36,562 nucleotides of DNA from a virus (Duplodnaviria > Caudoviricetes): positions 1 to 36,562 of IMG/VR virus record IMGVR_UViG_3300037087_000137. One strand, 5' to 3'. The notes below the pieces were generated by a model that saw only the letters and a list, made by a program, of their open reading frames with translations, was not told where the DNA came from and did not search any database. Shown here piece after piece: positions 26,577-34,881 of this stretch. Positions within the stretch are counted from its first letter, which is position 1. Every line of letters starts with the position of its first letter. Made by a program: the position numbers and the translations under genes.

Positions 26577-26864
26577 TTACTCCTTTGCGGGGTTGTAAAT
26601 CTGCGTGACGCTGATGGTCAAGGCGTTAGACGCCCAGCCGGGCTTGGGTTCGACGCCGCCGTTCCAGTGACCCGAGATAGATACCTGAACGGACTCAGTG
26701 TCCTGAGCGACCTCCAAGACGAAATCGTCGGCGAGAACGAGCGCGCTTGTCAGCAGGTCCCCTCCCGCCTCGATAGCCACTTGCTTATTGACCAGGTCGG
26801 CAGCCTCGAAGGCGTCTTCGACAGACTCGTCCGGCTCGACCTTGAACGTTACCGAGAAACTCAT
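26577..26864 (-). CDS. small acidic hypothetical protein
   Basis: AAGGAGG SD plus ATG; VQVSISGH. Confidence 0.7.
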   Translation of the reverse strand: MSFSVTFKVEPDESVEDAFEAADLVNKQVAIEAGGDLLTSALVLADDFVLEVAQDTESVQVSISGHWNGGVEPKPGWASNALTISVTQIYNPAKE

Positions 26865-26873
26865 TCGTCCTCC

Positions 26874-27413
26874 TTACGGTAGGGTGATGGTGACCGTTGC
26901 ATTGCGAAGCGAAAGCTGGCCGTCCAGTGCGCCCAAGGTTGTTTCGAGGGCCTCGATCTGGTCGGACAGTTCCTTCTCGTTGATGTTCACGACCCAGTCT
27001 GTGACCGCGGTCTCGGACTGATTGTCCGTGGTCTTGCCGCCCTGTGACTGCGCCTTCTGGCGTACCGCTCGAAGCGTGCTGGCCATCGAGTTCAGGCGAG
27101 AGCGCTGACCTTCGGAGACTTCGCGGCGCCAGGTCAGCCAGTCAGTGATGGTGCGCGTCTTGTTTCCAATGGTGATGGTCGTCGCGGCATTGGCTCGGGC
27201 GATGCCGGAGCGGATGTCAATGAGACGCTGTTCCAGGTCCCCGATGGACTGAAGAGTCTGCGCGATCAGCACCTCGGAGGTGCCATCCTTCTCGTGGGGA
27301 TCGCGGGCTGCGGCCGGACGAGCCAGGAAGTCGATCACGAACTTCTGCTTCTTGTCGATCCGCTTGACGAGAGTCGGCACCTCTGCGAGGGCCTCGGTAA
27401 TCGTGATTTCCAT
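26874..27413 (-). CDS. helical coiled-coil protein (recalled as DIP1984/DUF6847-like)
   Basis: TITEALAE...IARANAATTITI...TITDWLTWRRE...LDGQLSLRNATVTI; AGGAG SD; family assignment from memory. Confidence 0.7.
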   Translation of the reverse strand: MEITITEALAEVPTLVKRIDKKQKFVIDFLARPAAARDPHEKDGTSEVLIAQTLQSIGDLEQRLIDIRSGIARANAATTITIGNKTRTITDWLTWRREVSEGQRSRLNSMASTLRAVRQKAQSQGGKTTDNQSETAVTDWVVNINEKELSDQIEALETTLGALDGQLSLRNATVTITLP

Positions 27414-27870
27414 GTCACTTTCTCCTGTGTGAACTTTGACCTTGGTAATGGTAGTCGGTCTGTCAAGGCTCTAGTGAGAACCCAACCTTCTTCTTGGTCT
27501 CACCCTTCTTGGGATATTCCTCGGCGATAGCGCGATGTTCGCCGCTATTTGCCGAATTGGTTCCCCGTGCCCGTGTCGAGGCTTGAGGGTCTCGTGACCA
27601 GCGCTGGTCGCGAGGCACCAACGTCGGGTTTCGTCTCCATTCCGGCCAGCGATTCACTTCGGCTGCGGCGTCCCGGGCCACCTGTCGGTAGAGTTCTTCT
27701 GGATGATTCATGCTCGCTCCTCTTTCTCCTCAATCTGCTCGCTTAGGGGTTGCTCGACATCTCCTACACAGTCCTGGAAATCATCGATTGCTTCGAGGCC
27801 ATGATCAGAGGGTAGCGCCAGCCTGTCATACATCAGGGTTATCCCCACGGGGCACAACAAGGAGGACGCC

Positions 27871-28086
27871 ATGGTTAGGGACGATGTGAAGAAGCTTCTG
27901 GACGCGGCCCACGAGGCCACGGTGCTTGGACGGGCGAGGCAGCACATAGACAAGACCGGACCGATGGCGATCAGCCTGAACGACGACGCTGATGTCGCCA
28001 TCACCGAGTACATGTTCGCCGTCGCGGACGCCCTGGAGGCCGCCGTCTATCGGCTCGCCGAGGCGATTGACTCCGGCACGAAGTAG
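27871..28086 (+). CDS. small protein on the opposite strand
   Basis: AAGGAGG SD plus ATG; helical 71 aa. Confidence 0.6.
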   Translation: MVRDDVKKLLDAAHEATVLGRARQHIDKTGPMAISLNDDADVAITEYMFAVADALEAAVYRLAEAIDSGTK

Positions 28087-28421
28087 CTCTTCGTCCGTAG
28101 CCGGACGAATTTCCAGCCTGTCACGCATGGCCATCATAGCGCTCCTTCTACAGTAGAGGGATAATTGCGGACCCCGCCAGGACTTGGTAGAGCAGACGAT
28201 AGCCGTCTGGCAGTATCGGGATAGGTGCGTTCACGCTACTCTTTCCGACTTGAATAGTCCAGCCGGAGGCGGAGACGCGGTATCGAGCACCGAGCCGTTG
28301 GTGCAGCTGACCCAATACTTCTGGCAGTGAGAGCAGAAGTCCCAACGGTTGTGAGGCGCCTGCACCGCGATGCCTACGAATTCCAGCCACGTACCACAGT
28401 AGTGGCGGCCTCGCTTGTCGC

Positions 28422-28772
28422 TCATCGGATACGAGCGAAGTCAGACATGCCGCTGTGAACGTCTCGGCCGGAGAGACCCGCATCGGCAACGCCAGTGGCG
28501 ATCCTGGCAGCAGTGCGCTTGTCACTCAAGGACTGCACGCGGGCGAACTCATCCTTGGTGACGCACTGAGCATGTCCAAGACACTCAATCTGATACCCCA
28601 AGTCCTGAAGGGCTCGACCGATAGCGATGGTCTCGCCGATCTCGTCCAATCGAACGTCGTTCTTGGAACGATAGGCCGTGCCGTGGCCGGTGAGTCCCAC
28701 AGCTGGCTCGGCGCCTGACCAAGTCAACTCGACCTCTGTGATTCGTCCACGTCTTGCTACCTGAACGCCCAT
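28422..28772 (-). CDS. DUF1876/Rv2632c-like dsRBD-fold protein
   Basis: GHGTAYRSKND...EIGETIAIGRALQDLG; AAGGAG SD. Confidence 0.7.
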   Translation of the reverse strand: MGVQVARRGRITEVELTWSGAEPAVGLTGHGTAYRSKNDVRLDEIGETIAIGRALQDLGYQIECLGHAQCVTKDEFARVQSLSDKRTAARIATGVADAGLSGRDVHSGMSDFARIR

Positions 28773-28898
28773 GTTTGATTCTCCTTGCCCTTTCATTGCC
28801 GGTTACGGCGGCTCCGGCAGGCTCTCGACGTTACCAGTTGACTTGTCTGGCCGCACGCCCCACAAGTTGGTGCCTCGCACCGTGCAGTTTAGCGCGAA

Positions 28899-29231
28899 TC
28901 ACGAGTTCGTCAAGGTTGGATTTAGCGGGTCGCTTTCCAAGGTTGGCCACTCACCTTCGGGGTACAGCGCTGTGACGACGCAGGCGCGAATCTTGTCGTA
29001 CACCACCACCACGTCATTCCCTTGGACATTGACCCGGTGCAGGCTGATGGCGTTGGATTGCTTCTCGATGAAGGTCGAGCGGCCGGTCTGGATCAGCCAG
29101 ACAACGTGCTTGCGAACATCTGGCGTCCAATCGACATCGAAGCGCAGGCCAAACCGCTGTCGTGCGTGAGTCTCAAGGTCGCGGGCCTTCGGGCCTCTCC
29201 GAGCGCGATCCTTGACATCGCCCATTCCCAT
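28899..29231 (-). CDS. hypothetical protein, possible RelE/BECR-like RNase fold
   Basis: THARQRF..RF...VVVVYDK....VVTAL. Confidence 0.5.
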   Translation of the reverse strand: MGMGDVKDRARRGPKARDLETHARQRFGLRFDVDWTPDVRKHVVWLIQTGRSTFIEKQSNAISLHRVNVQGNDVVVVYDKIRACVVTALYPEGEWPTLESDPLNPTLTNS

Positions 29232-29434
29232 CACTGCCACCGTAGATGCGAGGCGAAGCACAGAGCGACGCCGATAAGTGTCGCGATAAGCAAGGTAACT
29301 ACCGACCCAGCTAGCCAGTCACGATAGCGCGTGAAGCGCTCAGGGACGGTGACGTAAGCCGCTAGGCACACGAGGAAGCTCGCCCCTGCGCCATAAGCGA
29401 TCCCTGAGCCGAAGAGGTACATCGTGTGATCCAT
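29231..29434 (-). CDS. two-TM small protein
   Basis: AAAGGTGG SD; two hydrophobic segments. Confidence 0.55.
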   Translation of the reverse strand: MDHTMYLFGSGIAYGAGASFLVCLAAYVTVPERFTRYRDWLAGSVVTLLIATLIGVALCFASHLRWQ

Positions 29435-29454
29435 GGGGCCACCTTTCCCGTGAG

Positions 29455-29531
29455 TGGTCTCCGGTGCGGGCTACGATCCCGCGTTGCGAGATTGAGAGTC
29501 TCGCGTACTGGTCCGACTATACGAACCGGAG
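29455..29531 (-). tRNA. tRNA-Glu(CTC)
   Basis: CGAGA-CT-CTC-AA-TCTCG. Confidence 0.87.
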
Positions 29532-29534
29532 AAT

Positions 29535-29608
29535 TGGCCCCCCGCAGGGGAGTTGAACCCCTGACGACTCATCGACAGTGAGTCATGTTCCCGCTACACC
29601 AGCGGGGG
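29535..29608 (-). tRNA. tRNA-Asp(GTC)
   Basis: ACTCA-CT-GTC-GA-TGAGT; GCCA. Confidence 0.9.
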
Positions 29609-29722
29609 GCGAAGGATCGGCTATCCGCTCGTTTTAGCGCTGCCGTCGGAAATGAACTAGTGCCACGTCTCACCGACCCTTGGTCCTACCGAGATCAACC
29701 GGCCAGACTACTCAGTAGACTA

Positions 29723-29956
29723 TCACGCCTTGTCAAGGTCTGGAATGACCAACCAACCCAGGCGGATCGCAGCATCGGTGTAGCAGTCGGCGTCGAGCTT
29801 GATGTAGAGACGTTCTAGCGTGTGCTTGACCGTGTAGTAGCCCAGGTGCAACTCGTGCGCGGCGACCTTGCCCGATCTGTTACGTAGACACGCGGCGAAT
29901 ACTTCGAGTTCGTGCTTGGTCGGGGGACAGTTGTGGGTGCGTCGATGACCTTCCAT
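29723..29956 (-). CDS. stand-alone LuxR/NarL-type HTH regulator
   Basis: TKHELEVF...KVAAHELHLGYYTVKHTLERLYIKL...AIRLGWL. Confidence 0.8.
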   Translation of the reverse strand: MEGHRRTHNCPPTKHELEVFAACLRNRSGKVAAHELHLGYYTVKHTLERLYIKLDADCYTDAAIRLGWLVIPDLDKA

Positions 29957-30124
29957 GAAGCCAGCCTAGCGCGCCTGTCTACTACCTGAATTGGTGGCGG
30001 GTGGCGAGAAGCCGCCGAGTAGTCTCTAATGCCACCCGCTTGGTCACTTAAGGCTTCAGTGGCGGCCTTGCAGCCCTCGGCTCTGAAACCCGTAGCCCTG
30101 TCAATTCAGGACCACTTATGTAGG

Positions 30125-30200
30125 TGGAGCCTCGCCGCGGACTTGAACCGCGCCGTTCACTTTGGAAGAGTGACATGCCAGCCGTCAACACTACCGAGGC
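30125..30200 (-). tRNA. tRNA-Gly(TCC)
   Basis: TCACT-CT-TCC-AA-AGTGA; TCCA. Confidence 0.9.
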
Positions 30201-30252
30201 CCGGTGATGGCTAAGGTAGAGGGGGCCGAGCCATCAACCTGTTGAGTATATC

Positions 30253-30414
30253 TCAGAGGATAAACGAGAGGACGAACGACGCCAAGCCTAGGTCAACAAG
30301 ATTGAACCCGAGCTTGGTACCCACGCCAAAGGCTGCCAACAGAAACATGAAGGCAGCAGCGATGAGCAGGAACAGCGAGAACCCGCCTGAACGTAGAACG
30401 ATGGGATTGGACAA
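30253..30414 (-). CDS. 53-aa two-TM hydrophobic peptide
   Basis: AAAGGGGTGA SD plus TTG; MSNPIVLRSGGFSLFLLIAAAFMFLLAAFGVGTKLGFNLVDLGLASFVLSFIL; absent from ORF track. Confidence 0.65.
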   Translation of the reverse strand: MSNPIVLRSGGFSLFLLIAAAFMFLLAAFGVGTKLGFNLVDLGLASFVLSFIL

Positions 30415-30886
30415 ACCGATCACCCCTTTCTGTGACCAGTTTACTACAGAAAATGGCAGACCATTTGTATCGCGCCGTCTGCCAGAGCGCTTGTGGATCG
30501 AATGGCGCTATCCACGCGAGCGTCACTTTGGTTCAGGCGTCCACTTCTGCCTGTTTGGGAGCTTTGTCCTCTATCCACTCCCGTGTCGCCCCTGATCCGG
30601 CTCTACACACAGCTTCAGGCCATTCCACCGTGCGCTAGGCGACATCCCCGGTGATCTTTTTCTCGGCTTAGTCCGACTCGTCCGAGTATGGTCCTTTGAC
30701 AGTGGCTAGCTCACGACCGCGGCGGACCTTTGGCACTTGGGGCAGGGTCACGTTCCGTACGCACGCCGCATCGTCCGCATCTCCAGCAAACCCGTGGACT
30801 CCGGGGCTGGGTGAGCAACAAGTGTAGGGGTACGATTTGGGTTCGCTAGGCCAGAGTCCAACCGACTTTCCTGCCCCAGAAGAACC

Positions 30887-31141
30887 CTAGTGCTTTCGGG
30901 GATCGTTGTCAACCCTGTAGTGGTAATCGAGTTCGGCGTTGCCGCCCCCGTCGAACAGCACGACAGCAAAGCCTTCTGAGGTAGGCACGACGGTCGTAAA
31001 CCCACCAGGGCCAGCATGCTTCATGAAATGAGCGGCGCCTTCCTCGATAGCAGCGTGCAAGGCAGCCTGAGCAGATGCGAGCGTCTTGCAGCGCTCGATC
31101 TCCCAGACGTGATCCTTCGTGATGCGGACGGCTGTGAACAT
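30887..31141 (-). CDS. hypothetical protein
   Basis: GAGGT SD plus ATG at 31141. Confidence 0.6.
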   Translation of the reverse strand: MFTAVRITKDHVWEIERCKTLASAQAALHAAIEEGAAHFMKHAGPGGFTTVVPTSEGFAVVLFDGGGNAELDYHYRVDNDPRKH

Positions 31142-31194
31142 ATCTACCTCAAACAGAAACCCCTGGTGGTAATGGCGCCCGGGCCCTGTCAAGC

Positions 31195-31680
31195 CTATAC
31201 CGGCTCGTGGACTGGCACCCATCGGCCGATCACACGCCCGTTGACCGTTACGTCAGTCGGGTGCTCCAGACCCGCATAGGATGTTCGGAACTCAGTGGAA
31301 GGCACTGAGTCTGCGACCTTATGTGGCCATTCGGCCATCTGAAGACCGACCGCGAGTTGGCTCTCCAACAGCCAGGTGATCCGGCTGACGTTGAACTCGA
31401 TCATGCCGCAGCTGCAAATGCCGAGGACCTCACACAGCGTGGCGCAGCCCGCTCGATGCTCGGCAAAGCCGAACTTGTTCAACGGCATCGGCGTGCGATC
31501 CAACACCAACGGGGGCAACGCCGGGCGTAGTTCGTGTTCGTCGTAAGGTCGCCCGCACACTTGCGGGTAATCGCTTGTGCCGCCCACAACAGTCATGCAG
31601 GGCGACTCCTGCCCGTACTCCGTGGACATGGAGTCAAACCGATGTCCCCGGGCCATTTCACCAACCGTAGCGACTGACAT
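31195..31680 (-). CDS. Cys/His-rich hypothetical protein
   Basis: AGGAGG SD; H...C..C....CSCG. Confidence 0.6.
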   Translation of the reverse strand: MSVATVGEMARGHRFDSMSTEYGQESPCMTVVGGTSDYPQVCGRPYDEHELRPALPPLVLDRTPMPLNKFGFAEHRAGCATLCEVLGICSCGMIEFNVSRITWLLESQLAVGLQMAEWPHKVADSVPSTEFRTSYAGLEHPTDVTVNGRVIGRWVPVHEPV

Positions 31681-31797
31681 TTTCCAATCCTCCTGCTAAC
31701 CAAGACCGGAAGTCCGGCCGGGAGGATTGTACACCGTTGTACAGAGTGGAGTGCGGTCCATTGTCCGATACGACACAGAAACAGCTACTACCGAGCG

Positions 31798-34700
31798 TTA
31801 GATCACACTCGTGACGTACGGCTGCTGGATCAGCGAGTTGCGCATGAACCCATAGCGCTTCGTGGCGACGAAGTAGCGCCCATCGCGCTCGAATAGCGTT
31901 TCGCCCATCTGCTCGACCGTGATGCGCAGCGCCTCGATCTGGACCGGATCATCACCAGCTAGGACGACCTCAACCTCATGGACGTTCGCGGTTGCTGGAC
32001 CCGGCGGCGCAGACGGCGGTGGTGCAACAGGCTTGGGCTCCTGCGCGGGCGGCGCGTCCAAAACCTGTATGCCCATCTCGGTGTAGCCGTCCTCCAACAT
32101 GCCGCCCATCGACTCAACCTCGGGGTTGTCGAACTTGTCAGGTGCTTTGGTGCCGCACTTAGGACATGGCCGACCAGCCTCGAACACGAACATGTGGGCG
32201 CAGCTGACGCAGGTCCAGACTCCGTAGGCAAAGCCGATAGAATCGGCACTCCAACCTGCCATCTTGGCTACTCCAGAAAGCGCGTCGGGCTGGTCGTCAT
32301 GCGAGCCCGGGTCGGGGAAGAACGAGCATTCGGTGGCAAAGTCGGCCCACCAATCCACATCGGCGATCTGACCTTCTGCATTGAGTCTCGGGGCAGGACG
32401 GAAGACCTTGCCCACGTTGGCTCGGGCCTCAACCAGCCTGGCTCGGGTCACCTTGTCCTTGTCGATCTTGACTGGCAGGATGGGCAGCATGGTACGCCGC
32501 GCAGCCTCCTGAACCGCGGCAGCCTGGTAGGCGACCTCCTCGATGCCAACCATTGCGACTCGTGGATACGACGCCCCCATGGAGCCGATCTCCGCGAGGG
32601 TGGTGTTGAACCCCCAGTGACCGCGGCGCACTTCGAGCAGGTACATGTTGTTGTCGTTGTCAACGCCCGCACAGATGCCAACGGTGAAGTCGGCGGTGGT
32701 CTTCTCGCTGATCGCCAGGTCCCAATACTGAAGTACGGAAATGTCCTCCCGCATAGCCATCGAGTGAGGCTCGTCCACGTACTGCGGCCATGACTCGGGG
32801 TGGAACATCTGGGTGCTCGACGGCAGCGGCTTGTTCAGGTACTCCTGTGACCAAGCCAGCACGTCGCTCTTATCGAGTGTGGCCTTGCGCACGAGCAGGG
32901 CGGCCTTCTGCCACATCTCGGGCCAGATAGGCTCCTCGGGAATGATGCCCTCACGCCAGACCGAGGCAGCGTCCTTGATCGTCGTCCAGGTCGGATCGTC
33001 AATCAATCGAGAGTACAAATCCACGTGGCTCTTCCGAGTCCCCACCACGATGAACTTGCCCCCAGGCGACAGAACGGGGATGACCTCCCGGGCCCACCAC
33101 TGAGCCGTGCTGTTGCGCACGACCTCGGACTTGACCGTCTCGGCACTCTCTACGTCGTCCGCTATCAACAGGTCGCAGTGCCGGGACGAAATCTGACCCC
33201 CGCGGCCGATGGCGAAGATCGACACGTCCTTGCCGCTGATCGCCCCTGGACCCTTGCGGGCATCGGCTAGCACGATCTCATGCTCTGTCCATCGCGCCCG
33301 GCCGCTCTTGAACGGTCGTCCCTCGTTGTAGACCTTGCTCAGTTCCTCGTTGGACTCTAGCTCGTTCTTGACTTCGTTGAGGAACTTCTTGGCCAGTTCG
33401 TCGTTGCCCGAGATGATGCCGATCCGCAGATGGTGGTTCTCACAGAGGCGGCGTAGGGCGTAGGTCCAGACCGTTGAGGAGTTGTGCGTCACGATGTCGT
33501 TGGCGACAAAGGTGTGGCTCTCGGTCTCGATGTCCCAGACCTCGGCCTCGCCCGCCGGTTCGATACTTGTGATCTCCAACCACGTCAGTTCCTCAACCTT
33601 GCGGCGAAGCTCGGCATTGCCAACAATTTCGGCGGCAGCGAGCACCTTGCGCGGCGTAGTTGGTGAGTGCCCCCCCATGCGCAGGCCCCGGTTCTTGAAC
33701 CACTTTTCACCATGCCCAACGTCTCTGCGCCACTCAGTCGGGATCAAGTCAATGCGGTCGTTGGAGGGCCCACGCTTCGCCAGATGTTCGAGGAGACGCG
33801 CCAGAGCCTCCTCTTTGCCGAAGATGCCCACGACGGCGACGAAGCGTTCGCAGTCCTCTCGCGTTCCGATGGCCAGTCGCCACTGGACGCCAAACCGGCC
33901 GGTGTCATTCCTCTGGATCAAGCACGCGATCCCCAGACGGAGGAGCAGGTGCGCCACGCCGTCGATCAGGTCTCGGCTCTTGCTGGCGTAACCGATGATC
34001 CCATTGCCAGCCGTGGTGGCGTGCCCATCGCATGCGAATAGGCGGTTTAGGAACAGGGCCTGCGTTGCTTGGTCGGCGCGGAAGATGCGGTCGGGGACGC
34101 GCTTGGTCGCCGAACCCTTGTCGTTGATGCCCCATGCCCGCGTCCATCCCGTCTGGCCCAACAGCAGATTGACGTTTACGGCGTCGTACTGACGAGTGGT
34201 TAGGCCAGCCTCGCCAGCGGCCTCCTCGAACTCAGCGCGCAATCGTTCGTTCGTGTTGGTGAACACAGATTTGCGGCCTACCAGACAACCGTCGCCGATG
34301 AGGTAGGCCGCCAGCTTGACCTCAGCATCGGGCTCTTGCTGGCCGGTCAGGTCGTACCGGCGCGGCGCAGCTATCCGGTCACCGCGCGCAAGCTCCTCAA
34401 CTCGCTTCCACCCGCCCCACGTTAGGAAGCGGTGTTCGGAGTTGGCGGTAATCCGACGGCCTCGGCGGGTCTCGATCCGATAAACCGGCTGGACCCCTTG
34501 GCTGCGCACGTCCACGACTCGGGTCGGGCCACCGAGACCGAGGACCGTATCGCCGGAGACCAGCGAGTCAATGCGACGGCGGTCCCCGCCCTCCATCAGG
34601 ACCAACGAGTCGCCTCCGAGACACTTGGCGTGCTCTCGTGGGCCCTGAACGTACAGCTGCGTGATGTCAAGGTTGTCGTAGGCGTCGTACCAGATGGTGT

Positions 34701-34881
34701 GGAACCAAGGCGTCTTCTGAGAGAAGTGGCGGAAACGCTCAGCGAACTCCTGGGTGCCCTTCGCCCATCCCTTGTGGGGATCGACCACAGCCTGCGTGCG
34801 CCGGAGCTTTTCAGTCTCTACGGCGAGCGCGATGGATTTATCTCGTTCCTCGGTGGGCAGCTTGTAGAGGGGGACTGGCGC
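31798..34881 (-). CDS. terL: terminase large subunit with intein; first GTG at 34788, SD-supported start GCG at 34881
   Basis: Spliced Walker A GPREHAKSS; Walker B LLIADDVE; VVGTR; SQEYLNKP; nuclease YWDLA...ADFT...HDDQPDA. Confidence 0.93.
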   Translation of the reverse strand, partial: APVPLYKLPTEERDKSIALAVETEKLRRTQAVVDPHKGWAKGTQEFAERFRHFSQKTPWFHTIWYDAYDNLDITQLYVQGPREHAKCLGGDSLVLMEGGDRRRIDSLVSGDTVLGLGGPTRVVDVRSQGVQPVYRIETRRGRRITANSEHRFLTWGGWKRVEELARGDRIAAPRRYDLTGQQEPDAEVKLAAYLIGDGCLVGRKSVFTNTNERLRAEFEEAAGEAGLTTRQYDAVNVNLLLGQTGWTRAWGINDKGSATKRVPDRIFRADQATQALFLNRLFACDGHATTAGNGIIGYASKSRDLIDGVAHLLLRLGIACLIQRNDTGRFGVQWRLAIGTREDCERFVAVVGIFGKEEALARLLEHLAKRGPSNDRIDLIPTEWRRDVGHGEKWFKNRGLRMGGHSPTTPRKVLAAAEIVGNAELRRKVEELTWLEITSIEPAGEAEVWDIETESHTFVANDIVTHNSSTVWTYALRRLCENHHLRIGIISGNDELAKKFLNEVKNELESNEELSKVYNEGRPFKSGRARWTEHEIVLADARKGPGAISGKDVSIFAIGRGGQISSRHCDLLIADDVESAETVKSEVVRNSTAQWWAREVIPVLSPGGKFIVVGTRKSHVDLYSRLIDDPTWTTIKDAASVWREGIIPEEPIWPEMWQKAALLVRKATLDKSDVLAWSQEYLNKPLPSSTQMFHPESWPQYVDEPHSMAMREDISVLQYWDLAISEKTTADFTVGICAGVDNDNNMYLLEVRRGHWGFNTTLAEIGSMGASYPRVAMVGIEEVAYQAAAVQEAARRTMLPILPVKIDKDKVTRARLVEARANVGKVFRPAPRLNAEGQIADVDWWADFATECSFFPDPGSHDDQPDALSGVAKMAGWSADSIGFAYGVWTCVSCAHMFVFEAGRPCPKCGTKAPDKFDNPEVESMGGMLEDGYTEMGIQVLDAPPAQEPKPVAPPPSAPPGPATANVHEVEVVLAGDDPVQIEALRITVEQMGETLFERDGRYFVATKRYGFMRNSLIQQPYVTSVI
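33481..34623 (-). mobile_element. intein with LAGLIDADG homing endonuclease (381 aa) in terminase Walker A
   Basis: Starts CLGGDSLV; block B TANSEHRF; AYLIGDG and RLFACDG; ends VTHN followed by Ser. Confidence 0.93.

Noticed and set aside
30850-30880. RNase P RNA (GCAGGAAAGTCGG resembles GAGGAAAGTCC)
   Set aside because: No matching 3' P4 strand or other conserved regions could be found by eye.
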